The translations under genes and the position numbers were made by a program. Shown piece by piece: positions 1 to 13,622 of a stretch of 64,000 nucleotides of DNA (position 1 is the first letter of the stretch; the number at the start of each line of letters is the position of its first letter). This DNA is from Ptychomitrium polyphyllum. Lineage: Eukaryota. The stretch lies in NCBI GenBank assembly GCA_973851085.1, contig OZ316775.1, forward strand, positions 1,612,001 through 1,676,000, in the 5' to 3' direction. The notes under the pieces were generated by a model that saw nothing but the letters and a program-made list of their open reading frames with translations, made no database searches and had not been told where the DNA came from.

Positions 1-27
1 GGACTAAGATTTGACCTTTCCACTCAG

Positions 28-1875
28 GTATCGTTTCTGTCTAAAGTGCGCCATCAGAATTTGCTGCAGCTGAAAGGATATTGTTTGGAGTCCAAGAAGC
101 AATTTTTAGTGTTCGAGTTCATGTCTGGGGGTTCACTCAAGGATCATCTATACGGTAAGTGACCTGGTTACAAATGTTGCATCAAAAGATTATGAAAAAA
201 TTTCAGTCTTAAGCAGTACCATAGACTTTATTAGTTTCTGCCTCTGGCTACGTGAATCTGATTGAATCAACATTTCTTGGATGTGCTTGTGTACATTACA
301 GGTCCACTTTCGAAGCTCCAACCTATGAGCTGGGAGCAAAGACTTACTTCAGCCATTGGGGCTGCTGCTGGTAAAGTCCATCTCAAAGTCATGTATTAAA
401 TTCATTTTTTGCACATTACCCTTAGATTATCAGATTCTAGTCTGCGAGGAGGCAGAAGTGGACTCTACTGCAGAGTGTAGTATCTCCACCTTCTTAATTA
501 TCTAAAATTGTTTGTGAGCAACGTGTGGCCATGGAAAGCACAAGCTGGATTCTCACAGAGAACACCAGCTGTGTTGAGGCTTCATCATAAAATCGATTCG
601 TTGCTAATATGCAGGACTTGAATATCTGCACTTTGGCGGCGGTGACTTGAAGGTCATACACAAAAACGTGAAGAGCTCCAACATCTTACTAGGACCCAAT
701 TACTTGTCGAAGGTCTCTGATTTTGGCCTATTGAAGCCAGCTGCGCCACATGCGGGAAAGAGTACCCTTATCAGAGGCACAGCAGGCTACCTTGATCCTG
801 AGTAATATCACCATCCTGTCATTGTTTACGAAATGTTGGTTTAGGAGCAAGTATGTTAGATTTCCTTCTGGCTGGAAAGCAACCCTCTTTAGGAGAGAGG
901 ACCCTGTCGAGGGCTCTGTTCAGAACTATTATCCTTCAATCTTGTGCATGGTGACTGGAACGGTGACTCTGCTAGGACTCTGCTATGCCGATTCCTGGAC
1001 GAAAACATACACGCATTGCGAAAGTGGAGTTTAAAACATTCTTTTCTACTTGACCGTAACTGTAACTGTAACTGTAAATTAGTTGGTAAGTATCTATCTA
1101 GAAAGTATCTGTAAATTAATTGGTGATGTTTTTATAGAACTTGATTAATTGTAGGATGGGCTTGAGATGTGATATTAGGTACTTCAACACGACGCAGCTG
1201 ACTGATAAGAGCGACGTGTTCAGTTTTGGAGTTGTCTTGATGGAGATCCTGTGTGGACGAGAACCCCTTTCCAGCAACTGCTCTCCTGATGCGTACAACC
1301 TTGTAGCATGGGTATCAGATTCCCTACTCTACTCCTCTTTAGCATTTTATAAAACACGAGTCAGAAAGACTGTTGAAGGTAAAAGGTAATCTAAGCATTC
1401 TCTAACGGGATATGAGACGCAAGAAATAAATATCTTAGCAGAATATCCTATTCTTTGAAAGTAATATGTCTAAAGATCAGTCCTTATAATCTGGTACATC
1501 ATGAACTAGAAATAATGCTTGAGAGACCTGATATTGCAGGTTCGGCCAGCTCTACAAGATGCTATTCCTAATGGCGACGTTGCAGTAGTGGACAAGGCGT
1601 TGGGTAACCAATTTGTACTGCGAAGTTTAGCTATTGTAGCCAACGTTGCCCTCCAGTGCACAGCGAAGGAAGGGGCTCAAAGGCCGTCGATGGCCGAGGT
1701 CGTAAGGGAGCTCAAACGGGCCATGGATGTTGAAGATCTGCTCCCAAGCGTCATTGAACCTTCTCTGCAGACTCTTCAATCCGCCCCGAAAAACGCAATC
1801 AAGCGAAAAACCTTCTCTTCCGCAGAAGTATACCCTTCACGTTCTCAGAGCATGTCTCGTATCCTTAGAGTTTAA
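28..1875 (+). CDS. Receptor-like protein kinase, C-terminal kinase-domain exons (gene begins before the window); probable pseudokinase
   Basis: GT-AG exons 28-154, 302-370, 615-801, 1179-1311 and 1540-1875 splice in frame. They give [114 protein letters not shown], which are RLK/Pelle kinase subdomains IV-XI. Confidence 0.93.
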
Positions 1876-2188
1876 AGCCCTACTGAGGTTCTCAGCACGT
1901 GCTATAACAACTAAACCAATTCGTTTTGAACCAACCGATACTCATGGTTTAAAAATATTATCTGGTGCAGAGAGCTGAAACTTTTGATGAACAATCTTCA
2001 ATATTGCACTGCACCCGGAATGCTGGACCATTTCTGTCAGGAGAATTAAGTTTAAACATGATATCATAGAGCACTTTGCCGTGAACTCTAAAGGCTCTAC
2101 CCAGTATAGCCTGGCCTCCATAGTCCACAATTCCCCTGAATCTTGAGGTTTTGCTTATAGTGGCCAGACCAATCCTTCCAAGATCAGG

Positions 2189-2235
2189 ACCATCACCATC
2201 ACCACCACCACCACCACCACCACCACAACCACAAC
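2189..2235. repeat. (CAC)n / (CAT)n microsatellite
   Basis: ccatcaccatcaccaccaccaccaccaccaccaccacaaccacaac, lying between the convergent RLK and pyruvate kinase genes. Confidence 0.85.
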
Positions 2236-2766
2236 ATTAAAGGAAATGAGCAAAGTAGAGTACACGTTGCGAGTTACCGTTTCAGTATACTTCCTTGACC
2301 ATTATTAAAGCTCATCCAGAGCTTACAGCTAATAGCTGCCAGCTCCAAGTAGCAACAAGCTGGTGTATCGCATTAAAATCATGATGATTACCATGGCAAC
2401 GCCAAACTAGTTAGTCAATCATCTAATCTGCTCTGCTCTTCAGTTCGAAGCTAAAAAGCAGGTGCTCATCGTCCAGAAAGCTGGCCTCACGAAATTATGG
2501 CAACCAGCCAAGGAGCCTCCCAATATTGCTACTGGAGCTGCTGTTGCCTCAAACTCATCTCAACAATATGAATCTCCGCCTTGCTTTCACAAAGGCCACT
2601 GACGAGCTTCAGCGATAGACTCATCATATACTACATATGACTATCCACCCCATTGTTCCAATCCCCATGTGCAAGTGGCTGGATTCTTCTGCAGGGTTTC
2701 ATTCTCCTTCCATATCCAAAAGAATTAAGAATTGTATCCTCCTCTCAACTATGGACTGAATTCTGC

Positions 2767-5700
2767 TCAAGGGATTCTGCGGACTTGAATGGATTGCAAC
2801 ATGTCGGCAGTGGAAATGTCAGAGACAGCCACTATTAGATCACCCTTCTTCATCATGCCTCGCGCTTTCAGGAGCGCAAACGTCCTTCGAAGGTTGCTCT
2901 CCATGTCGCCAGAAAAGTCGAGACGGAAGGGGATCAACCCCCACTGCAGGTTCAGCCGTTGCCGTACTGACTTGGTGTCGGTGAAGGCGAAGATGGGGCA
3001 GTCGGGCCGAGATCTTGACAAGAGGGAAGCCATGTAGCCGCGTCTTGTGTACACAAAAATAGCGTCCACTTCCAGTCTGTTGGCTGTCAGTTTTTCAAGA
3101 AACACAATTCCAGCAATGTCAGCAAAGGACGTTGAAAATGATTTTAGAACGTGGAAAAAGTAGCTAAGATTTCACCCAGATTTTCTCCTCCATCCTATAA
3201 AACATTCATTAAAAGAATTCAAGTCAAAACTTGCAACTAAAACCTGGTTACGTCCATGTTGATTATATTTTCCTACTTTTAGAGCCAGACGACCGCTATC
3301 TTGACTACTTCAGGAACTAACGCAAACTATGCTGATGTAGGAGTACGTTAGCTGAGATTACTTACCCATCTGAGAGGCGGAGTTGCAGATATTCTCTGAA
3401 ATGCGGTTTTGAAGTGCGGAGGAGAGTTCTGGAAGACGATCGGTTGCGTGTTGCTTGTTCTCACGGCACCATGATTCCATGCGGAGACTGACAGTGCGCA
3501 ATACACTGAGCGCCTTCTCTGGGAACAGACCCATAGCAGACTCACCTGACAACATCAAGGCATCTGCTCGTTGTCGCACAGCCTCTGATACATCGGCCAC
3601 CTGCATAGACCATCCCAAAACGCTGTAATGAGAATGTTGTCCAATGTTGTCAGATTCTACAAAATGGTTCAATTTTTGGGTGTTCTTCACCGTGTGGTGC
3701 TTTTACTTGGGAGGATTTATACTAGAAAGGAAGAAGAAAAGGTAGTATTCTAACCTCCGCTCGAGTAGGCGTGGGGAATTCAATCATAGACTCCAGAAGC
3801 TGTGAAGCTACAATGACTGGCTTGTTAAGCTCCCGGCATAAACTCACAATCGCCTGCTGTACAGAAGGCACTTGCTCCAAAGGAATTTGAGCACCTAAAT
3901 CACCTCGAGCCACCATAGCACCATCTGAGACACGAATAATGTCCTCTAGATTCTTCAATGAGTCACTGCTCTCGATCTTGGCAAATACTCCAATTGACCT
4001 GTTCGCGTAATCATCCACGTTCGGAAGTCAGTAAACAGACACAGGCGGCATGGAGGGTGTGACAACAATCATACGAGCTGAATCGAAAATGATGAATAAT
4101 TTTTAAAATGTTTAATTCGAACTCAGTAGCTTAAGCTGTTGAACCGAATATCCAAAACCGAATTTATCAGATCTACTCGAACACTCTCGATACCAGAGTA
4201 GGCGAAAAGTGAGATCAGACACATGGCAATGAGTCGAAACTACATCGAAACACGCTGTCGACAGAAAAAGAGTGCCTAGCCACTCGTACCCATTAGGTGA
4301 TCTTGCTTGAATATAGCTCTTCAGATGCTTGATAACCTCAGCTGTCCTTACAAAGGAGATGGCAATGAAATCCACCCCTTCTGCGATTCCAAAATCAATG
4401 TCAATCCAATCCTGCAGAAAGAACCAACTGTCGTTTCAGAAGGAAAGGCGCAATCCATGGAAAATACACTAAACTTCAAAACGCACTTTTAGTGTCACAA
4501 GAAACCTAGGTGTTACCCATCGAAAGGCTGTAGACTATGGATAGTGATGGATCCAAGTCTGCTTTCAAAGGGTCCACGTCCGTTACAGCATAAAAACTTC
4601 CATGTGCCGCACCTTTGATGAGATGGTAGGAAGCATCGCATTTCGCTCTCGGACTAGCCGACCTTCCCTCCAAAAAGTCAGATTTGCACGAGGAAGCAGA
4701 AGGCCAGGATCAGTGCATTTGCACTTCACGTCAGGGCCGACCTTCTCAATCACTTCAAATCGGACCATTCCTCCATCCACCACTAATTCGTCCCCAACCT
4801 TTACATCTGCCACCAACCGTCCAATTTCAAGATCAAATTCAGTGCAAAGAGAATGCACTCTAGTTCTTTGTTAAACTTGCATGTTTCATCCAATCACCAC
4901 TTCGCTGACTTTCCGGCATGAAAATTGAATGCGCTACACGAATACCTTCAGCGAACCCATCGTAGTTCACAATCGTGGTGTGCTCTGGAAGAGTGTCGAG
5001 CTTGCGGACTGTGAAGATCCACTCCTCGCCATCCTGAGCAGCAGGTGGATAAAAACATATCAGAATTATAGAGAATCATTAAACCCCCACGTCATAGGTC
5101 TGGCAGGAAAGAGACAAAGCACGAGTTGTCAACCTTCAGGCACTTCCATCGCCAGCAACAGAAAGGTTGTCGAACGATTAATGCTAGAATCCTATCCAGA
5201 AGAAGAATTAAATAAATTAATGAAATTCGCCAATTACGTGAACAAATGCGTATCGTTAGAACTTTCAATCGGAATGTCACCAAGAATGCAAAATTCGGAA
5301 GCTCAGCTGTATACCCTGGCTTCTGAAGTGGTGAAATTTGATAGTGGATTAGCAAGTACAGGCATGTCTCTGGAAAAAAATTCCTCAACTCTGACCCTCA
5401 TACAGTTGTCTATATGAAGCCGTGGCGAAACGCACCTCCGCCTTAACCGAGGGAGCCCCATTGAAGTCCCCCATGTGGATTTCGCTGCCCTCGGTGTCCA
5501 TCATGATAGCCACAGAGTATCCTTTCTCAGAGTTCAAGCTCCGCACATTGCGAATCACTTGCGTGTGCCATTCCCGAGTGCCATGGCACATGTTGAGACG
5601 CGCCACATTCATGCCACCCATCGCCAGCGCCTCCAGCTGCTCCGGCGCGCACGTCGCAGGGCCAATGGTACATATCAGCTTCGTCCTCCTCGTGGACCGG

Positions 5701-6080
5701 AACCCATTCTCCTTCAATTCGGCTTCCGTCACAGCATCCACCTCCATCGACTGACCCCCCTGCGAATCTTCCACGGCCGGCTTCACAATCGACACCCCAT
5801 TCCCCGACGCCACACTATCGCTCTTCTCCAACCCCAACGTCGCCTCCACAACCACACTCTCCCGCTGCCGCATTTGCCTCGCCTCCCTCCACCTCCCACT
5901 CTTGTTATGATTCGCCACCCCCAACGGCGACGACAACGGCAACGCAGTCCGAAACGACACAGAGGCAATCCCCCTCGCAGCTACTCCACCAGCCCCCACC
6001 ACTGCGAGCTCCCCGTGCACACACGACGGAGCCGAGGACGAGCACAGCGCCTGCATGTGTACCATCGCCCCCCGCGCCAT
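2767..6080 (-). CDS. PKP1: Plastidial pyruvate kinase, alpha-type subunit (PKp1-like), 7 exons with N-terminal transit peptide
   Basis: Translation includes [117 protein letters not shown] and the C-terminal domain. Approximate exons 6080-5436, 5033-4955, 4807-4614, 4412-4290, 3998-3754, 3600-3366 and 3084-2767, with GT-AG introns. First true ATG is at 6080. Confidence 0.96.
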
Positions 6081-9000
6081 CACCACCACCACCACAACAC
6101 TAACACCAACACCAACACCTCAACCCTCTCCCTCTCCCACTCGTCTCCCAACAACCAACCAAACTCAAACTCAAACTCAACAGTCCCAACAAAAGCGCTG
6201 AGATTCACAGAAAGCCCAAACAAGCGCCTTTGGCACAGCAACGATGCTCGGAACGCCTAGGTGATTGCAGCAACGGCAGTACGAGTAAGGCGAAATGGAT
6301 GGATTCCCTAAAAGGCACGACTTTAGCTGAGGTTTGCGAGGCTTGCAGAGAGATTGCTTGCAGAGAGTCCTCCGACTGAAGAGCTAAGTTCTCTCTCTAG
6401 AACTCGGTTAGCGGCGAGACTTGAGAGAGGAGTGAAGTGAATGGGCTGATCTTCGAGATGGAGCCCGTGGTATTGGCGATGGCGTTGCGATATTGCGATG
6501 TCGTCATGGATGAGTGGTGGCGCTCGTGGAGCTCACGGCGTTCGTCTGGAGGAGCAAACAAGGCGCGCGTTGGGACTTCCGACGTTTTCCTGCGAACGAT
6601 CTTCTTTATGTGTACATCTGGAGTAATCCCATGTACTATTTCCATTAGTTTTGGTAGACTTGCGGATTCGGGTCCCTATGCTTTCCTCCGTATGAGTCAC
6701 TTAGGCTAGTACTGTGCCTTTGGGAATTCGTGAGCAGTTACTGTGGGTTCTTTTTGTTCGGCAGCAGACTACCACATCTCAAAGTTTGAGTAGTCAGTTT
6801 CGAGGATGTATTTTTGGACCAAACAGAAATGAATAGAAAAAATGTCTAGCTTTTCCTTTCAACCTGCATTAGGTGTGTGTGTGTGTGTGGGCGTTTTTCC
6901 CTTTCTTTTCCCTGAAGGTTGGGACGGTAGGGAAGGTAAGTGTTGTTTTTTTGTTTTAGTTAGAGTGAGCTGGAGAAATGACTGGTGTTCGCATTTTCTT
7001 TGCTGCTCAGGTTGCATATGCAGTGGCTGTGTATGGAAAACGTAATCATGTGTAGTAGAGTTCAATGGACCAACAGAGTACTGTCCAAGCAACCAGATTT
7101 TGGATTAGTCACATATTTAAACTACTCACTTCGCCACCATTAGTTACTAATTTTATCCATCGTTACTTGGTTCTTGGGCTCGTTTACTAACACTTGAATC
7201 ATTTGGATTTTTGCAATAACATTGTACTGCGCTTTTTAAGCAATAAGTCGGGCAAACATTTAATCGAAAATCATGCATTTTCAATTTAAAGATCAATCTT
7301 TGCAGTATGAATCCTCAATTTTCGTCACTAAAAAGAAGTCTTCCATTTTAAGAGTTTTGCATTTGACTTTTACTTAAAGAAACCCTAATGATGAATCTCT
7401 AAAAGATTTTGAATTTTGGATCCAAAATAATATTTAAAAAAATTGGTGACATCAAAGGTAAATCTGTGTCAATTGAGGGTACAAATATAATTTATAAATC
7501 ATGCTCTACCAAAGTTCGCTCTTAAATTGAGTTTTATTAAATTTTATTGGCACACCTTTTCAAAATGTCAAAGTTCAAGAGTCCCTCACACAGGGAGGGA
7601 TTAAATTCTGAACCAGCAAGCTCCATTGAAACTTATATGGTGAGGACGGAGCTGCAGCTTGGTGGTCACTGCTTACTTATCATGACGGTGATTTCATTAT
7701 GCCATGACGGTTTGAGCCGGGCAAGTGGATATTCTTCACTGGTACCCTTGGGTCACTCATCCACTTTTTCCAAATAACTCTGCATTGAAAGAAATTTATG
7801 TTGGAAACAATAGGTAGTTAGACAGATCATGTCCATATTCACCAACAGCATAATTGTTTTGTGGGACAACATACAATTCTGAACTCAGGCAGGAGGCTGC
7901 ACACACAAGCCAAGGTAATGTGATGAGTGTGGGCTCAAGTCTGTAGCTGCTGGATGACACAAATGCAACCTACCCAACCTACTTCTGGTGCCCACTTTTG
8001 GCAAACACAGGAGCACTCATAAATGTCAATGGCCACCACATAAAAAGTAATTTCTGTACTACCAAAAGAAACACAAGCCAAAACATCATCCGTCCTTCAA
8101 AGACAACAAATCAGCTCCAAGTCCAACAGATTACCTCCATATCAGCTCTATGCTATAGCTTCAAACACGAATATGGCATCATTTCTTAGGTATGTTTCAG
8201 CCTAAAGCTTTCGTTCTACATAAAGTAGGCTACATTATTTATAGTAATTATTAGGAGCAATTTAGGCTATTTAGAAAAATATTTATTTATTTATGTTTAA
8301 AGGTGCCAACTTAATAATTTTGTAACCTTGGATGGCTAAAATTTTGAAAGTCATTTTTTGTTCATCTAGGATCTAAATTCAACAATCATTGTTGGTCTTG
8401 ATTTCAAATTAGATTAGTTTTATAGTAAAAATCTTGCATTAATCCAAGTTGTTGGAAAGTTTTAGCTAACATTTTAGTACATGGGTATTTAAATTTGAAT
8501 AATTTTTGCTATTTTTGACAGTATAAGGCTATTTTGTGAATATATTGATACTTTTTAATAAAGTGGTTTTGGACCAATATGGTTCAATGGGAGAATTTAT
8601 CCAATGTCCCACCAACTAAATTTTAAAACTATTTCTGTATTAAAACACTGACTTTCCAATTTGATTTACATTGACTAGAAGGACTTTGCACATTTCGAAC
8701 TCCTTTTGCAAATGGATTCCAAATCAATTCAAATTGGAAGGCCGAACATCAATAAAGTCACAACAAACAGGTTGTTTGTAGCACCATTGTTGCTTTTGAA
8801 TATGACGGAAGGCGATCAATCCCCTGGGCCAGTAGCTTCGAATCCCGCTGTAAACCGTCCTCTTTTTAACACGCAGACAACGATGAGGTAACTAATAGGT
8901 GACATGAATATAGCAACAGTACGACTTATGTGCTACAACCATCCCATACATCATACTTGAATCATACATTTGGAGCATTCATTGACATTCTCCCGTTCAA

Positions 9001-9192
9001 CAGATACTATTTGAAAGAGTGTCCTTGTTCTTTGTGTCCAAAAGATCATTGTTATCATAGTTTATACAAAGCTTCACCCTACTGCCAGTTCGCTTTAAGT
9101 GTCAACTAGAACTGTGATGCCGAAAATTCTGGAATACACAGTCGCATGACGTGAATTACACTCGTCACAGCGGCTCCCTTAACCAGGGCAAG

Positions 9193-11835
9193 TCAAAATT
9201 GCCTGTAACTTTCAGGCTCTCGTCTCCTCTCTGACCTGATACCTTCCAGCTCCCATGGTGGAAGCTCCCCTCTCAACTGCTAAGCAATAAAGCAAAGGGC
9301 ACAAATCAATACACTTAGTAGGTTCAAGAGTAAAGAACTCAAGTGAAGTACCTCACAAATTTTAGACTGAGCTTCTTGTAGTCCAAATCAAAATGAAAAT
9401 GAATAATTCAAAACTTACAACAGGCTCGAAGTCATTATTATATAAGCAGTGGACACTAAACAGCTCTGTGAGGATTAAAAATAAGCGTTACAAACCTGTG
9501 CAATAGTGCTGGACGATCCAAGCAAATCCTTCTTCAATGACTTCAAATCGTCGTCCACGTCGACATCCATTTCCAATTGCGCAAACTGAATCCATACAGA
9601 ATTTAGTTCATATATGTAAGAATGAGCTGATGCAAAATGTATCTACCATGACAAATGTATTTAAATAGCAAGTTCGGCCTATGTCACGCATCTCTACTGA
9701 TAATGTGTTCCTGACAAGTACCTTAGATCCAAGATCATCAGATGCCATTTGAGTTACAGCATCGGCCTCTGCCTCTAGTCTTTCCACTGTTGGATCAAGC
9801 ATCACAATGCAACATCAGAACTTTGCTGCTATGCACGCAAACAGACTAAACAAATGTACATTAGAATCAAAAAAATTCGCAAAGCACATTACACACTTCA
9901 CCAAACAGTGCCAACCAGGAACTCAATTTTTTTACAAGGACAGTGGTTAGTACCCTTTTCTTCCATGCGCTTATAAGCTGAGAGTGCACTAGTGGCGTCC
10001 ACTGAGCCCAACACCTCATTGACTTCCTTTGTAGTTCTGGCGCTTTGTGCTCTAGCCTTCAACAGATCTTTCTTATTCCGTGCCTCATAAATCTTACTTT
10101 CCAGAACCCGCGTGCTTGACAAGATGCGATCAGATACCGACACTTGCTGATCCAGCTGTGATTTCAATGATTTGGCACTATCCTATAGGGGAAAAACAAG
10201 ATTGCAATACCCAAGCTTAATAGTTGACCTTGCACATTATACGAAAATGACAACATGGGCTTTTTTTCCGTCTCATTGCAGCAGCATCTCGGGAAGAAAC
10301 TAAAAAGAAGAGACATCTCAATAAAGGCTACGAAACGAACTTGAACCAATCTGATAAGCGATAATAAAACATTTTCAAAAGAGCCAAACGACCAATATAA
10401 CCAAGTAAGATGTTGACATACTGCAAACGCTTTTCGCCGTTTCAGTGCTTCCTTGGCCAATGTCTCATCCCCTCTTTCCAATGCCCTTGCTGCCCGCTTA
10501 TACCTGTATAAGCGCCATAGTTATTTCCAGCTGTTGCTAAACCCTGATTGAGAAACTGAGCAGGCGTTTCCCTGACAATTTCATGCTTCTATATCGAATA
10601 CCTGTTCAAATAGAAGAGTAGAAATAGTGAACTAACCAGTCATCGCTGCCCTGCTGGGCTATGTTGTACTTGTTCTCGAGAATACGCTTTGCTGCGACAA
10701 CCTGTACAGAAGGCCTCGATATACTTAGACAATTAATATACAAACCAAAACAAGCTCACTACACAAACAGTTTACAATACAAGAAGTCCTCTAAATCACA
10801 GAAATCATGTAAAATTTAAAAGCACTGAAGTCGATCAAGCAACATTCTATGAGTTACCTGAGCAGCTGTCTGCCGCAGCTTGACAAGATCGGTGTTCATT
10901 TCCTCTACGGCTTGATCTATTATCCTCTCTGGATCTTCCCCTGACCCTACAAATTGCTCTACATATGACTGCACAGAGAACACTAGGCCATCAAAACTCA
11001 GAAACAATGTTATTGATGTTTACCTTTCTGTAAACCACGAGAAACACTTGCACTTACAAAAAATCGCCACAGAAAACTTGAGAAAATTTCAAAGAACATC
11101 TCCAAAACAAATAGATATGACATAAGTCGAGAAAGGGACAAATGGCAAAATACCCTGATTATTCGAGCAATCCGGGAGAAAACGTTCATTTCAGAGGCTA
11201 ACGCTCCCCCAGCAGTCTCACCGTTCCCATAATTGGCTACCACACTCGCCACCAGCTCATTGTACCCATACTCTGCCAAAAGAAAGAAGAAAAACAATAT
11301 ACCGATTAATGTAGAGTGGCGATGAGACCAAACTACTTCCCGCAAAAAGCCCCTAAACTTGCAGAGACGGTACATTAAAAGATCGTGCCAATAAGTACGA
11401 CAAGGCAGCGTCATGGAGGACCAGAACAGTGGTGACAGCATTAACTAAAGGAGCTAATACATATCCAGCACACAGAGCTATCCAAAAAAGCTGCGCAGTT
11501 CTTGTGTGAATTTTCCAAAGCCACTGTTCTTTCCCAGAAAGAAAAGGCAGTACTTCAAAAAAACGCTAAGAACCACATGATACGAAAAGTATCTCACCAT
11601 ATCTGACAGAACCGAGTTGCCCCAACGAGCGCCCAACTCTCAACCCGCTACTTGTTGCCACAAGCGAGGAAGAAATCCTGGTGAGAGTTCTTGGAGTGGG
11701 CTGAGACCCATAGTTAACTGGCTTCACAGCACAGAGCTGCGTCCCCTGGCATGCGCTTTGGTGCGCCGCAGGGGTGGCAAGCGCCAAACTCGAGCTGCAT
11801 GACAAACCCAGAGTAGCTACTACTGCTGTACCCAT
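9193..11835 (-). CDS. VIPP1: VIPP1/IM30 (PspA/ESCRT-III-like) family plastid membrane-remodelling protein, divergent paralogue
   Basis: About 9 exons splice to a transit peptide followed by [168 protein letters not shown]. Stop TGA at 9195-9193. Confidence 0.9.
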
Positions 11836-13622
11836 GTGTGCTCAAACTCACAAACCAAAGCGGAGAATCTCGAGCAACCTCGGCTTTACACACAAAACTC
11901 TCAAGTACCCTTCGGGAATCAACGCCAATTCTCTGTGAAACACAACCTCCTGCGCACAAATGACACGGCAACTTATGAAATACTTGTTGCCTTATTTGCA
12001 CTCTGCACCTTCCCCGCCGCTCCTGGAATCTCCTTCTGGAAAAAGAGCAGTTTTGGCCAATCCAGTCTGCGACAAGTCGGAGATTTCACGAGCCACCGCC
12101 ATAGCTGCCAATTGGCAACACAGTTTCGTCCCATCTGAGGTCGGTCGGAAACAGCAATTTTTTGGACCGGTCGGATGCAGCGACCGCTGAGTCAGACGTG
12201 CACTCCAAGGAGCCTCGTCGCGGAGCTTCCAACGGTGGTTTTCTGCGGTTCTATAAAGTTCCCAGTACACCGCTCTTTTCATAACGGCTTCGGGAACAAA
12301 TGTGAACACCGGAATCTGGAGCATGTTTTTGCCCGAGAAAGTTGAATGAAAGAGTGCCCAGATCGGAAAGGCAAAAGGAAAGGGCAGTGGAACTTTTTCA
12401 AGGATCCAATCAACTGCAGGCTCTTCTGCTTCGCAAGAAAGTATACTACGGCGGTCTTCTTTGAGCAATAATCCTGCGATCCATCGTTGCGCATCGTCCA
12501 TGATATGAATGTCTTGCATTCTCGGTTTGCCAAAACCTGACGCAGCAAAGGCAAGTACCCGAATGCATCGAACAGTTTAGAAACCTGCTTATCATTTTTA
12601 ACTGTAACCATCCACAAACTGACCAATCTAACACTTCGCTACCTCAACAGGTTAACCGGAACCAGATTAGAGTCTCTGTAGTTGATCCAGCCCTAATTCA
12701 GCTCAGGAATCCAAATCTTCAATACCAAATGCTAATTTGGTATAAGATTTTCAATGTACTAGTAAGAATGTGTAACTGAGCAGGTACCTCTGAGCTGCAC
12801 AGCAAAGTAACAGGACAATTTCAAGGTAGAAGAACACAGCTAAGAGTATGTCTAATTCTTCATCTTCCAAATTCCTGTACGCTACGAGCCCGACAAGGTT
12901 ATGGATCCCCGACACATGCCGACGGCGAGTGGTCTGTAACTTCGACGCTTGCAATACAAATCAGCATTTGAACCATTGAACGGAATCCACTGACATGTAG
13001 AAACTAAGCGAGTGTCTGGGGTCTGTGAGTTTAGCTTCAAACGCTGCACCAGTTCATTTGTACCTGCTACTTGCCTGTCGTAGCATTGCTCTCGAGCACG
13101 AGTTCCATACACCTCGCACCAGGAGTTCATGCTCAATTCTCCAGTCAGGTACTGTAAGTGGTTGTACTGTTCGAAACCATAGCACAAAGAGCAAAGGCTA
13201 GATTGTATGTTAGGAGAGTAGGGAACTAGATTACCTGACTGGCAGCTGCTGTTTCAGAGGAGGTGAAGGGTTTGGCGCACAGAAGCGTCGGTATGAGGGA
13301 TGTCTTCTGAAAGAGATCTGGGAGCGAAATTACCTGTAAAAAAATTCCTTACACTTAAAATGGTCCATGCGCCCTGTGACGACACCACGATGAGCTAAGC
13401 AGCCAAATCGCAAGTGTTGAATTTCGTTTCGCTGCTCGCCACATTGAATTCTCCATTCTACCTGGTACATGATTTTTGTGATTTGAGAGATTTTTGGATC
13501 GGAGAAGAGGAGCCCCTGAGTCTTTGCACAGATTGAGGCCTTGCAATTCATGATCCATCAGGCAAACAGTCACCTTGAGCTGACAAGTTGTAAATTGTCC
13601 ACTTTACAAAACAACCACCGGA

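Noticed and set aside
2340..2540. Short inverted repeat (cagctccaagtagcaa / ttgctactggagctg) downstream of pyruvate kinase as a possible miRNA hairpin
   Set aside because: Only about 15 bp of pairing with a bulge, arms ~170 nt apart, and no extended stem visible.
5475..6260. 261-aa His/Arg-rich ORF on the + strand
   Set aside because: Antisense shadow of the GC-rich first exon and 5' UTR of pyruvate kinase; no independent coding features.
7200..8700. AT-rich, CpG-poor intergenic stretch as a specific transposon
   Set aside because: No termini, TSD or recognisable coding remnant, so no family call can be supported.
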